Shown: one piece after another, positions 22,580 to 36,800 of the stretch
How positions within the stretch are numbered: position 1 is the stretch's first letter
Layout of the letters: every line of letters starts with the position of its first letter
From: Styela clava
Taxonomy: Eukaryota
Length of the DNA stretch: 64,000 nt
Direction of reading: 5' to 3'
Assembly (NCBI RefSeq): GCF_964204865.1
Contig: NC_135259.1
Span: 2,170,001 to 2,234,000, forward strand
Notes under the pieces: model-generated
Seen by the model: only the letters and a program-made list of their open reading frames with translations
Database searches by the model: none
Told to the model about the DNA's origin: nothing
Position numbers and translations under genes: made by a program

Positions 22580-25331
22580 AGTGGCGAGCACCTACCGGTA
22601 TTCCGGTTAAGTCGTACTGCTGCAAATTGACGAGCAAGCGCCAGGATTGGAAAGTCACACGATTTTTTGATAAAAAGTTCATGATGTCACACCGAAGAAA
22701 GAATTGCGACCTTGAACGCACGAAAATATGGGATAAAATTGTTGAGATGGAAACCGAAAACAAAGAAATTAAAAACACAAATAAAGAAATTGAAGTTAAA
22801 AATAAATCACTGGAAGCTGAAAAAAAGAACTGGCTAGACAACTGCAAGATGCTTTGTCTCAACTGAAAGTAGACAAGACCAGTGTTATACAACTTGAAGA
22901 AAGAGATTTTGGCATGAAGGAAGCACTCGAACGAGTGATATGCCGTCTGGAGAGCATTGATGAGGCCATGGCTGAGGGTGAGGTGCCATCATTTATTCAT
23001 AAACCTATTTTGAAAACAAACCCTTGAGGTGCCTAAGAGTGTTGATAAGAATGGTGAACCAGACTGCTCTGATAATGAATGTTTGATAGATGGTACCGGT
23101 ACTATTAAAAAATTGAATTTTGCTGATGAGTGTGTGGTTGACCAGTCTACACCTATGTATGCAAGTGTGAATAGTAATATTACTGATTGCAACGCAGTTC
23201 CTTTTGGTATGAATCATAGTATGAGAATTGATATACAGCCTGATACTTTTAATGGTGATGGTATGTCTTTGGATGATTATTTGTGTCATTTTTCATCCAT
23301 TACTACCTGTAATGGATGGACTGATAAAATCGCTGGTGTACACTTTGCTGCATGTATGCGTGGGAAGGCTTTGTCCTTGTTGAATGAATTATTCCTTTCA
23401 TATAGGCACAGTTTGAGTGTTGCAGTGAATCACTTGAAAAAGCGTTATTATCCAGACGGTAGGGAGTCATACTTTGCTACTTGTTTAATAACAGGAAGAA
23501 GTTGGCCACTGAGACGTCAACGGAATATGCTACTTCTCTTCGTGCATTGTCAAGGAAGGCTTATCCTTCTTTGGATGTTATTGCTTGTGAGAATCTGATT
23601 AAGCAGCGTTTCATTTCAGGTTTTCCTGATTTCGAGATGTGTAAGACTTTGACCATCAGGCAGACTCAGAGTTTGGATGAATTAATTACTGTGGCTGATG
23701 TTTGTCATTCTATTGATGCTACGCACAGTGCACCTGGTTGTAATCGTGATAGTAAGCCCATGGTAGCTGTTGTGAATAATTCTGACTGTGATGATGGTGT
23801 GTGTGAATCTGACTTTAGTAAGCTGCGGAATGATATTAGGGAGATGCTTGACTGTTTCCGTGCCATGTTTGACAAAGGTCATCAACCCCGATTTTCCCGT
23901 CAGACGGGTGGGCGTAGGAATAAAGGTATTACTTGTTATGGTTGTGGTGCCAAGGGTCACATACGTAGGAATTGCCCGGAGAACCTGTGCCAGAGATGTC
24001 ATGGCAGAGGTCATATAGCTTCTCAGTGTGATAGATATTATGTTCCACAGAATTCGCAGCCTTCTACTGCGTATTCGGCCCAGCAAATGGCCAATGGCTC
24101 AGTAGGAAATTTTTCAGCAGGGAATAGCTCAAATTCTGCCTGTGGTGGGAATGGCCAAACTCGTGAGAGTGGGAATATTTCCCAGTTTCACCCTGCTCTC
24201 AAGAATATTGATATGCCTTTAAACAGAAATCAGTAGCACGGGGGTCCTCAGCTGCTACTGGAAAAATGACGAATTTATGCAAGGACCAAGACTTTGATAA
24301 TTTGATTTGTTCTTTAAGATTACCCACTAGCTGGTATGCTATGGTGGATGTGGATGGCATTACCGTACGTTTTCGTATTGATTCTGGTAGCGCTGCTACG
24401 CTTATAGATTATGCAGTTTTTTGTTCTATTGGTGGAAAGGAGTGTGATTTGTCTCCTTGTGACGTTTGTTTTCAAAGTGCTAATGGAACTTCTCTGAAAG
24501 CTCGTGGTATGATTGACTTGAAAGTTTGTATTGATTCTGTGTGTGCTGTTCAGAGAGTGATTGTTGCTGATCTCCGTGCCCCCTATGGTTTGCTTGGTAT
24601 GGATTATTTCCAAAAGCATGACTGTGTTTTGCATATGTCTGTAGGTCAAATGGAAGTTGATGGTAAAACTGTTTCCCTGACTAAGCCTGTTTCGTCTGTT
24701 CCTAGTTGTAGAATTGTTGTAGATAAATGTGTGACTGTTCCCAGAGAGAGTGAGATGGTGATTTATGGTCGTTTGAATTGCCCGTGGACATCCAATAGTT
24801 AGGTCACAGCTGTGGCAGAAGCTGCGTGTGTGTTTGAGAGCGAGTATGGACATCGTGGTTTATTTTTATTCCTTGGAGTGGTGGCCGCCTCATGCTCTCT
24901 AGTGCCTCTCATGGTGATCAATGTTAGCAAGGAAGCGGGAGAAATACCTGCGGATTTGCTGATCGGTTTACTATGCCCAAGAGAAAACCTGACTGTCTCT
25001 TCTCTGGAACAAGTGGTGCTGGGTGATGTCATGGACACCAGGGAACTACCTTAAACATTTAAAGAAGCTCGTCGACGACCCAGAAGATTTAACGGAAGAA
25101 CAACGTCACCGTGTTCATGATTTGCTTGTCGAATTTCAGGACGTTTTTGCTGGTCCTGATGAAAAACTGGGACAAACTTCTGTAGTCAAACATAAGATTA
25201 AAACGTCAACATCTGAAGCTTTTGAATTTGCTCGAGAACAGTTAGGTAAATCTGCTGTTCGACAGAAACGTAATTTCAATGCAACTATTAAGCCTTTATC
25301 TTTTAATGTTGGTGATCTTGTGTGGTATTTT
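22580..25331 (+). mobile_element. Decayed Gypsy retrotransposon: gag (two CCHC knuckles), aspartic protease and an internally deleted pol
   Basis: Gag 23029-24236 with a frameshift near 23480; CYGCGAKGHIRRNC and CQRCHGRGHIASQC; protease FRIDSGSAATLI (24266-24802). The pre-RT linker LGQTSVVKHKIKT is joined directly to the integrase C-terminus RQKRNFN..FNVGDLVWY. Confidence 0.85.
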
Positions 25332-28300
25332 CAGCTTGGGCATTTCCTCTTGGCCATAACGGAGTTTTTTCTGATGATGAATTCCACAGTAGTCAATGAA
25401 TCTTTCAAATCCGTGTCCTTGAAATAGTGTTCCATTATTTGTCTTGAGCACTTCACAAAATCCAGGTGTAGCAAATATTTTGTCAAAAATTGGAACCACA
25501 CTGCCAGCTGATTTTTTATGTAGTCTTCCACCATTGAGTCAATATTAGGGAACCACAATTTTGCTCTAATCAATGCTTTTGTTTCAGCAACTCCTTGATG
25601 TCCCTCATGTGCTATGGAGATCATTTGTCATCTTCACAGGAACTACATGAGGAACTACTACTCTCATGTGCTATGGAGACCTTTCTCATCTTTACAAGAT
25701 GTCACAATACAATGTCCACGAAGAATCATGCCTTGTTCAGTTATGCTCAATTCACTAAATAAACTTTCAAAATTTCGCATTTATTCACGGTTTCGATAAT
25801 CTTGCCGTTTTCCAGAAACATTACACTTCTTCACATTTTGCATCACGGGGTCATTGAAAGTCTCTCCTTCTATTTCTTTCTGTGCGATAGCTTTTGGACA
25901 AGCACTTTCACACACATAGTTCAGAAATTCTTCTGCAATTTTCAGATCACGGTTATTCTCTGCTTTCGATGGATGACGTGACAAATAATCTGCTGGATTA
26001 TTCGCTCCGGGTCTGTATATTACAGCATAATCATATTACTGTAGCTGTAAACACCATCTTTCTATTCTAACAGACGGCTTTGCAGTGACATTCAAAAATA
26101 TACTAATCAGAGGTCTGTGGTCAGTAATAACATTGAATTTTACTCCATATAGGTACAAGTGAAAATGTTCAACTTCTCAACGAACAGCCAGTGCTTCACG
26201 TTCGATTTGAGAGTAACGAGTTTTTACGTCATCAAGACTTCTTGATGCATAGGCAACAACTTGTACTTTTCCACTTTTTGAGCTTCTTTGTGTCAAAATT
26301 GCTCCTATTCCCAATGATGATCCATCTACAATTAATTCAGTCTTTAGATCAGGATCAAAATATGACATAATGGTGTCAATTGTTAATTTTTTCAACTTCA
26401 ACCAGGCACTTTCACATTCATCACTACAGATGAAATCAGAATTTTTATTTGTCAATTCCCTCAGTGGCTTCACATGGATTGCTGAATCTTCAACGAATCT
26501 TGAAAGATATCGTGCCATCCCCAACAAAAACTTCACTTGTGATTTATCTGTAGGTCTCAAAGCTTCTTTGAGTGCTTTAAATTTTTTTGGATCAGGAGAC
26601 ACTCCACGTTCACCAAAAATATTACCATAGAACTCCATATATGATTTAAAAAACTCACATTTTCTTTAATTCATCTTAAGACCATTTTTTGACTCGGTAT
26701 AAGCATGCTCTGATATGCTTCTCGTGATCAGCATAATTTTTGCTAAAAATATAGATGTCATCAGAAATATTCTTCACGCCTTCTAGTCTTTGAAGAACTT
26801 GTTCAATTATGAATTGGAATTTTTAGTCGCTGCATTCACCCCGAAATTGAGACGATTATGTCTATGAATCCCAAGGTGTGTACTAAACGTTGTAATATAT
26901 CTGCTGTCTAGGTGTAACTCTATTTGATGATATCCTCGGTTTAAATCGAATTTTGAAAATACCTTGCATCCATTCAAGTCGTGAATTAGTTCATCCATTG
27001 CTGGCATTTGAAGGTTCACCCTTTTGATAGCTTTATTCGCAGCTCTCATATCCGTGCACAATCGGATATTATCAGGATCACTGGATTTTGGTACCGCAAC
27101 TATAGGAGATACCCACGGAGTTGGTGTGTTATCTTCACAGATATCCTTTTCATATAGTCCTTTAATTGCTTTTTCCACTTAGGTTCTGGTTTTAAATGTT
27201 ATTCTTCTGTGTTTTTGATGTACTGGATCCACAAAGTCATCGATGTTCAGCTTTAATTGGTATCCTTTGAGCTTTCCGACACCATGACATATACTATCAT
27301 ACTCTGATAGAATTTCCTTTGTACGCTTTTCTCGTTCATTTTCAATGGAATATATAATCTCCAGTATTCCGAGTTGTTTTGCTGTGCCATTAGACATTAA
27401 ACAACCTGTGGCATGTTTTGTTACATAAAAATCATCTGACAGTTGGTGGCCACCATTTGACATTCCGTTTGCAGCAAATTTGCCAATTTACTGCAGTGGT
27501 TTTTCACTACCATAAGCAAATAACTTTGTATCAGCAGGACATAGTGAGTGCAACATTTGGAAGTATTCCTCCGTATTTCTTGATACGCTTTGTTGTCTAG
27601 GATATTAACACTAGAACCACTGTCAACAATAAAACAGCATTTAATCCCATTAACATTCAATTCAACTGTTGGAAGCTTTCTAGAAATCTGAATTTGTTCA
27701 ACCTTGATTGAGTATTCAGAATTTTCACAACTTTGAGATTCAACTTTAATTATGTTGCTTGAGCTTGATTTCAAATTATTAAGTGAGTGTGAAAACTCCT
27801 TTTGTTTTGGCGCCCTACAAAACTTTGCAAAATGACCACAATCATTGCACTTGAAACATTTTCGCCCCTTAGCTGGACACTGACCTTTGTGTGGTAACGA
27901 GCCGCCACAATAAAAACAAATTTTTACTGAGTAATTGTTTTTCTTGCGTGTTTTGTTTCGGTTCACTGATTTGATCCGATGCGCATTTTTCTTGTGCAGT
28001 TTCTTCAGTGTTTCCTTCCATCACAGACAAGTGGGATTTTGCAAGTTCAATTGCTTTACCAGTGTCGGATAGGGATTTTGAATCCATCTTTTTGCTTAAA
28101 GATTTTTTCTATAATTCAGACGATTTGCATCCCTGAATTATTTGAATTTGATTTCACTTTTCCGGGATCGAACTCACAGGTTACTGCCATTTTCTTAAGT
28201 CGTGTACAAAATTGATCGAGTGACTCACATTCATTTTGTTTTGCGAAACAGATGAATTTCGTACTCGCTATTGGCTTTAGGGGCAAAATATTACGTCAAG

Positions 28301-28876
28301 TATCATTTTCCTTCTTCAAGGTTTTGTAATTGTCGTAACATTGCTCACCCATGTAGTGCAACATTAGAGATTTTTTTCTTTCCTTGTCTTCGTCAGAATC
28401 TTTGATATTCATTGCAATGGTCAAGTTATAAAATCGTCCAAGCCATTTCTTCCATCTTGGTCCGGAACTTGACAAATCAGCGCAATCAAAAATTGGATAG
28501 TCCTGTACGCCACACGCCATTTTTCACGTTTGAAATTAGCGGTGACACTACGTCTGTGAGTAGCGTTACGGTAGCACCTAGAGCAAACTTTTCCGACGAG
28601 CTTTTCTATTCCACGTATTTTGGAGACTTAAAAATAATCCTCATCGCCAGATGTAATATTCAAGGGCTTGAATACAAGTAACACAGGTTTCAATTGCTCA
28701 CAGAATATATATTGAATGGAAGTAAATGGAAATACAACATACGTCTGTCACTCACATAGATTAGTTTTAAAGTGTTCTATCACGTGGCCTGAACTAGATC
28801 ACTAGGTGTCCTCATATTATTGCGTCATATACCAAATATAAGACATAGAATATAGCAGTATTTCATAGATATTACA
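25331..28876 (-). mobile_element. Gypsy retrotransposon (5' LTR, gag, pro, RT, RNase H, partial integrase), frameshifted and 3'-truncated
   Basis: LTR 28876-28652 with TGTAATAT...ATATTACA termini and PBS TGGCGATGAGG. Gag from 28520 (RWKKWLGRF); CCHC; FIVDSGSSVNIL; RT PWVSP/RLCTDMR/FSKFDLNRGYHQ/NISDDIYIF; RNase H VDGS..GIGAIL/YSQIERE/TDHRPL; integrase AHEGHQG. Confidence 0.9.
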
Positions 28877-28919
28877 GGGAGCCGATTTACCACTGATTTA
28901 GCCAATAATAGGTAATGAA

Positions 28920-29490
28920 TATTGCTACAAGCATTGCAAGGTCTTGGTGGAGTCTAAAATGTTCTAGATGATATTATAGTGGTTCATCGGGTGATAGAAA
29001 CCGATCATGATGAAAAATTGAAGAGACTTCTGATGCGACTCCAAAATTTGGGTCTCACATTGAATAAAGGAAAGTGTTAATTTAGAATGTCAAAAACTGA
29101 ATTTATGGGGCATGTTATAACAAGCCAACGGAATATGTCCCTATGATTGGAAAGTTAAATCTAGTGAAAACGAAAGAGAATCTGAATTACCATCCAAATA
29201 CGAATATTTTTTGGTGTGCAGGATATATATATTTCCGACCATGCAACATTGTCAGAACTATTTGAAAAGGACAAGAAAATGAGAAAACTGAAAATGGGAT
29301 CGAGAACAAAAATGTTTACGTGAAACGATGCGCCATAGATTGACAAACGCAAGCATATTGGAAAACTACGACAAAAGTTCTAAAAAACAAGTTATGATTG
29401 ACGCCGGTCCAGTAGAAGTTGAAAGTGTGTTGGTATAAGAGCAAATACCCAAGAAGCAAATAATTTTCTTTGCACGCAATAGTTTAATTG
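28920..29490 (+). pseudogene. Old degenerate Gypsy RT/RNase H fragment
   Basis: QALQGLGGV*NVLDDIIV, HDEKLKRLLMRLQNLGLTLNKGKC*F..EFMGHVI and LENYDKSSKKQVMIDAGPV, with stops. Confidence 0.75.
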
Positions 29491-29493
29491 ATA

Positions 29494-29680
29494 CTCCCCT
29501 CCCGTATCGTGTGTACCAGGTTAGGGTTAGGCCATAATTTTATTCCGATTTTCCTAATTTTGGTTATATTACGAGTTCGGGGACTGTTTGTGTTAGCCAA
29601 GTGAATATATCCCCTGCCCATAGGCTTTCGTCCCTTTTACACAACTTGATGTAAAGTAGGCGAACAAAATTAGTTACCCC
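29494..29680. mobile_element. Partial interspersed repeat related to the GGTGCTCC MITE family (also at 58630-58840)
   Basis: Shares GTGTACCAGGTTAGG..TAGCCAAGTGAATATCCCC..ACAACTTGATGTAAAGTAGGCGAACAAAATTAGTTACC with 58640-58800. Confidence 0.7.
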
Positions 29681-32600
29681 AGACATTTCTAGACGGAGAA
29701 AGCAGAGATGGCCATAGTTTTGACATTCGAAAGATTCCCTTTGTATCGAGTTTGAACTGGTAATAGATTGCATACCACTTGAATTCATTTACAAAAGTCC
29801 AAAACAAGTGCGAGAGTTGAGGTTCTACGTTATAAATAAAGCGAGAAATTATTAGATGAAACTGAGAAACATGTTAAATTTATTGCTGTTAGAGATCTTG
29901 GTTTAACCAAGTTAAATTTTCCCGTGGATCAATCAGTACGGAATAAATTTACAGTTTTTGTATCAAATCAATATGTATGTCATTTCAATCATTTTTTGCA
30001 TTTTAAAAGGGCCCACACTCACGCCTCAAGAATCACATATATACCAACAAAAATATCTGTAAATTGTTTTACGTTTATTCAACCAAAACAAAAATAATAA
30101 TTTAAAGTTAAAAGATATACCGGCATGAAATGATGAAACTTCAGTTGGAATTGGTAGTTTAAAGCTAACGGAACCGAATCAATATCATTCGGTGCGACTT
30201 GAACAAAAATTAAAGACGGCATGCTTTTAAAATTTTTTAACAAAATAAATGATATTTTGTGTTAAATGGTCGACTGGTAAAACTTAAAAGCTTGCTTCAT
30301 TGAAAATGGTTTTGAGTTATTTTCTTCACAAAAATTTCTTGATTGGAAATATATCAGCGAGAATTGAAGCATTGTCCAGCAACCGTTAATCATCGAATAT
30401 AACTTCAACATCTAGGAATAATTTGTATTACATTAAATTTCAAATATGTATATCACAATTTACATCAAAAGTATGGAACAGCTGTGCATAATTATTACTG
30501 TTACTAAAATGCGATCCTGGCTATGCTGCATGGAATAGATTAGAGCTAATTCCTTCCGGACTATCATATTTCAATATACTTAGTGAGATTCGTCAATCTG
30601 TGAAGCAACCTCACTTTCTGCAAGCTGTATATTTTGACAATAACACTTTAAAATTAAATAGGTATCTTCAAGTTTTTCTATATTTCAAGATATTATAAAC
30701 GTACATGACCATAAATTGCTCGTGGTTTGATATTGATCAAAATTCATTCTTACCCCTCTCCTGCTTATCAAAATTTCTTCTTGAAATTTGTTTCTGATCT
30801 GAAAACCAATTTCCGTTCAATTGGCCACTCGGGATGTCTATTCTGGAATATGTAAGTATCATAACCATACTTCGCGTGATGATATTTTATAAAATTACAT
30901 AGTAGTTTTATATTTCAATGCGACAATATATTTCATGAAACAGAACCGCGCCAAAGTTGAATTGTCTTCGTTAACAATGATAAACGGCTACTCATAAAAT
31001 TAATAACATTAGTATGCCACAGACAGACATGCTGATTGGCCTGGTCCGCGTTGTTATTTGTCGATAGATACTTTTAACATAATGTAATTTTCCTCATAAA
31101 GTAATATTTAACCCAATCAAGAATCGAAATATCCACGATATTTATTACAGCAACATTGCGCTGCTTGCGACAGACCTTTTTTGCATAAATGCTGTTGCAG
31201 CAGTGAGACACCAATGACTTTTACAGATAAAATAAAAACAATCTATTCAATAAAATAAATTTTGAAAGCTCCTACCTCGAGCCAGCATTAGTAAATTTTG
31301 TGAATCCAAAAAATGAAAAGATGAACAACATCGAAATCAATGCCATTGACTGCATCGTGTAATGAAGAGTTCAGTTATACTGTGCATAAATCTTGCTAGA
31401 AAAAGAAATGGTGTGAAGTCACGCCCAATGATATTTATTCTAAAGTAAAACACAGGAGAATTCGCCTCGGATTGAGTGTTTCTGTATCTATACGGACACT
31501 TTATCTGGCATGCAACAGAGATACTTTCCTTATCTGCAGTGAACCTGAAATATTTAAACCTTCATTCACTCCATAAACTCAATCTTACGTGCATATACGA
31601 TACACTCTATGTTGAACTCTAATAAAAGGGAATTAAGTTTTATTCCAAATAGTATGTATAACATTTTAGTAGTATTTTTTCGCAAATGCGTCAATATGAC
31701 CTATCAATAATTGTCACTGCTGACATGCGACTTGAATGAAGCGATCTAAGAGGTCTTTCATGAAGGTTTGCCATTGACATCCGGAAATGGAATGACGCTA
31801 ACAGCTTGTATTTACCAATCAACTGTAACCAATCTGTATACATATTAATTGAATCTTAAAAATTCAAATTTCCTCTGTATATTTCCAAAGGTTGACGCAT
31901 GCATTATTTGTGAAAGATAAAATTCAAAGTAAATACGGTAAATATTTAAAAAGTGATGAAATCAAAATTCATATTTCGTTTTGCGATATTTTTTAGTCAT
32001 ACGCTGAAATTTTCAATTAGCAACACGGTAATATTTTACGTTAATAATTACTGTTGGCGCTTTTATTTAGGGCTCTATTAACGTAAGAATCGATATCTGG
32101 ATTGTGCGTAAGTATATTCATGTCTGATATTTAAGGTTCTCAATAACGTCTGACCAGACTGATTTCATCACACAATTTACTTTGAATTTTCTTAATGGCG
32201 TAGTTTTTTGCATTTCATTGTATTTGATTCAATGAGTTTTACCATGACAAATTGGGCAAGCGGTTTTAGATTATACCGTGGACATAATACAATCCATATT
32301 TTAAATGAGGATACCATCAGGTACTGCACAAATCGACGTCCATTGTTGGTTAATATACCAGTTCATAAATTTGTTTGAATAACTATCATCACTTGCTGTG
32401 AATCTCAAAAAATTTCTTTTCTCACAATAACCATTCTGTATCATTCCCTGATCAATGTCTACGCTGTTTTGCTTGGCGTCCATGTCGTCTAAAAGTTTAG
32501 TGCGCATCAATGTTACTGGAGGGAAGTAGTTTGTCATTTATATCCTGCCTGCATTCAAAGCAGCGCAACACAAGTCAAAACCATTTTTTCATGCACATGT

Positions 32601-33388
32601 TGGTTGGTGAAAAATAACTTTTTACATCGCTTGATAAATCTTTTATTTATAACGTTCATCTATGGATCATGAACAAAAAAGCCTTTCATGCACGTTTCAT
32701 CTAGGTGGGTTACCACAAAATTTTAATGGAGTCTAATTCTAATAAGCCCATATTACATAAAAAATGTTTAATTGTTTTTGCTCTTGACGCCACCAACAAC
32801 TGTTACAGTGTGCAATGAGATAACATTCTATTAGACTCTCGTTGCTTACAATGCCACTCTCATTTAATGGCTAATTGCTTTGTCTAGGACAGCGGTACCC
32901 GAACGTTTTGTTCGTGCGTTTCGTTCGTGCTAATTCTAAATAACACTCAGTTTTTGATTGCAAACATGTGGTCCTGTAAGGAATAAAGAAAAAGTTCAAC
33001 TCTTCTTTCTCATCTCTGCCTGATTTTTATTCGAGATACTGAAAAAATCACTCATATACGCTAAACTGGGTTCAGCAGATAAATAAACTGCAGATCACGA
33101 AATCGCAGCAAGTAGTATCTTTATTGTTACGTAACAAGAGGGGAAGTTACTACGCAACAGAAAGTAAACGTCATAGAAAGGTAAAATGAATTTATTGATT
33201 CTTATACACGGCATTTTAAATAATAAACAATAGAACATTTATATTGAATACAATATTCAAAGTATTCAATTATTTTTTGGTTATGGTTAACACAATTCTG
33301 TTAATAATTCTCGCGGCGCACATAGGAACTCGCCGCGCGCACTCTTCGAGAACAACTGGTCTAAGGGATCCCCTTATAGGATTATTTC

Positions 33389-33829
33389 CAGGCTTGTCCA
33401 TGGGAATGGGATTCCCATGGAAAACGTCCCATGGAATGGGAGGGGACAGCACAAATTTATATTTCCCATGGGACACGAAAACCGTATGATTTTCGGGTAA
33501 ATGATGGTAAAACATTTTGTTATGAACTTCTTATCCAGATATTTGAGAATATCTCTTTTTTAGCTATAAAGAGCAAAATATATTCAGCCTTAACAATATA
33601 CTTCGTGAAGGGTATGATGGACACATGTATACTAGTTATGAATATAAAGTTAACGAGGTCCGTAAATTTTGTTGTTTTGTCTCTTCGTACATGTAGTCCT
33701 ATTTAGTAGAAGCTAAACCTAAATTTAACAATTTTTATTGAATTCTTTTCCAATGGGAATCCCATGGGATGGGACAAGCATAATTGCTATGGAAATGGGA
33801 CAAAAAAATATGTCCCATGGACAAGCCTG
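33389..33829. mobile_element. hAT-type MITE
   Basis: CAGGCTTGTCCATGGGA...TCCCATGGACAAGCCTG TIRs, subterminal CCCATGGGA repeats, TSD ATTATTTC/ATTATTTT. Confidence 0.8.
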
Positions 33830-36800
33830 ATTATTTTCCTCATTAATCTCGTTTTGTTGGGATCATCTCCAAGAGCTTTTGTTTGATTTTAAGTTTTGTA
33901 TACATACGCACATTTTTTCCCATATAAAAATATATGCTCTTATTGTCAACTACCTCAACTCGAAAAAGGGCAGTGATTCATGTTAATTTCTCACATCTTT
34001 TTTTATTCAGTCAATGCAGTCTTGCATCTGCACGATAATCGATTTTTGAATATACAACTATAACTGGTTAAAATCTTCATGTGAATGTACGAGAATGCCA
34101 TCAAAAGTGGATTAATAGATAGACTACGGAGGTAATTTCAATTGCTATTTCCAAATACTATTAGGTCAATACAAATAGGTCTATTACAATGTATATTTTT
34201 ATTATCGGAACAGCCTACAGAATAGTACCGGCAAAACGGGTTTGAAACACAAGCTGTTTAGCAAAAAGAGTATTGGACTTGGAAGAACAGTGCAACACAA
34301 AATCAGAAATACATGACAAGGTATTAAAACTCTTATCGGCAGTCATTACAACAAGACATCCTTCGACATTGAGATAAACGTTATAGAATAGGGTCGCTTT
34401 TCAACAGCCCTATAAGTGATTTTAGATGACCATAACAGTCTCAATTTTCAGTCGACCAGAAAATCAAAATTCTGTCGAGTTTTTGCCAAAAAATTAGGCG
34501 ATCATAAACAAATTAAACTTATAATACAGATCGCGTTCGTAATTATTCAGCAAATGGTATGTGTCTGTCGGGCCTCGCGTGCTAGCTACATAAAGATATA
34601 CAAAACATGGCAAGACTGCATAAACAGATCTTGTGCACAATAATGCAAACTGCCAGACATGTTCATTGACAAGTTCCGAATTCTGAAGCACCTGTTTATA
34701 GGCCTTGGCCACCATGTGTTTTCAGTAAGAGAGCTTATTCTGCATATATGGGTAATTATGATCTAAGATTTGAGGTTAAAAAATAAACCCGGTTCTATAG
34801 AAGAGCCAATCAAAACTTTGACTTATTGCATGTTACTTTATGTTACGAAGTCAGCATTCAGTGACAGACGCGCGAGTCGAATCCTGTAACAAACCGCTAT
34901 CGTTTCCAGCATTTCTGGTAACAAAATGTCTACTTTACAGCCCAAACCATCAACATTCTCTTTAAAATGTGTTTGTATTTATACTATCTTTCAGTTGAGC
35001 AAGGCAGCATAAGCAAATATATAGACCATGACTACTCGCAGTGTCGATATTACCTAGTTTATTTTCATCAAATGAAAACAATCCCATTTCTTCAAACCCT
35101 CAGTACATCCTAATATATTCCGGTATCCCTCGCAGATTCCAATCGAGAATGAAAATAATAAGAATTGATGAGCTAATATCCGGCTATAAAGTAATAAAAT
35201 TCGACCTAATTGCTTAAGCATATTGGCATACTGTGAAAATTTCAATTGCCCATTACTTTGAGGCTGTATAATATGATGACACAGATACCGATTTGCAAAA
35301 TGAATGAAAGTTTTGTTTGTTCGAAATATCGAGGCATTCGACTGATGGGGAATTTAATATAGTGTTGTCCCGAGAAAATGCTGCCCTAAAATAGACTATA
35401 ATCAATCAATTACTTAATGTGCCGGAAATATATTTTTATTCGATTAAGTTGGTTAATTGACTATTGTTCACAACTAAAATAAAGAATCATGTTACCTATT
35501 GCATAACAATAGAAACCGACACACCAGGGGTTTTATTTTCTATGTTATCAAAAATAAAACAAGAACAATTGTGTATTAAGCACATTCTACGCGCTGTGTT
35601 GGGTACCTCTTCTTATATGTAAAAAGCGCAATATTGTGACGCTGATATCGTCTATATTAGCGGTGCAGTGGTAGGGATTCACGTCACAAAAACAGGTTTT
35701 CGATTGGGGTTTTGGCAAACCGATGCGGATCTGATGTGTAACTATTTTTACCAGAAGTCAACGAAGAGAACAATTTTATCTCTCATGTTTTCTTCAAGTC
35801 GTTTAAATATAAATTTTTAACCTTGCAACATTTTGGCAAGTGCATTAGCAAGAAATTACACTGATATTCTCGTTTATTTTTCACCATCTTTTTCACTGTG
35901 ATTTGGGTTTGCTCGAATCGTATTGTGATTGAATATTCATTGTTGGACGATAGAATTGAAAAGGCAACTAATTCATTCCTAACTTCATTTTTATCTTTTG
36001 TATTCTATTTTGTCAAATCAGCTAATATTTCCACCATACAACTCGTAAAACTTAAATTTAAAAACATTTCATTAAAGTGCGGTAGTTATTGAAATACGAC
36101 AACCTGTTTGAATATATTTTTTGAGAGTGATAAGAAAGAAATATTTATGCAATTTGAAAAAAAAAATTAAACTTTTTGTATCGCGTAAAATGCCTATTTG
36201 ACAGAAGAATTGTTTGAATTTGATAACTCCACGATAATTTTAATGCTTGCTTGCAATGCTTCATCAAACATCAAAAATTACTTTAAATCCAATACCCAAA
36301 TAGAAAAGTTTTCTAGTTTTAATTTAAAAATTAAACGAGGAAGAGGAAATATATGACTAAGCATGACACTGAAACATATAAAAACGTCGATTAAAAATAG
36401 ATTGTTCATCAACTGCAGTCAGAGTTGTTATTGGATACGACGTGATGATCGCGGTCATATACTGTTCGTACTGTCGCAGGTTGAGCATGCAATCCCGATT
36501 CAGTTTCAGTATTATTGATGCTTGTTTCCACTCGCGTGTATGGAAAATGAGTATTATTGATGGCAGGAATAAAAAATCTCATTTTATATGTGTATATTTG
36601 AATAGAATACTTCAAGAGAAACAGCGCTTAAATTTAAGTGAGATCGTTGATGTTGGCTATTTATATGTTTCTGATAAAAGTGAAAAATGAAAAAAAAAGT
36701 TCCTGAAGACTGAGTATCTGAATTTGGATAAGCTTTAAAGATTGGTGAATTTAGTACAATTCAACGAATCTTCATGAATAATTCATATATAGAATTTACA

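Noticed and set aside
23682-24853. Minus-strand ORFs of 134 and 177 aa
   Set aside because: Antisense shadows of Gypsy gag and protease.
29800-32540. Coding-like fragments (e.g. CDPGYAAWNRLEL; the 78-aa ORF at 32301-32537)
   Set aside because: No recognisable domain or consistent splice model, so no call is supportable.
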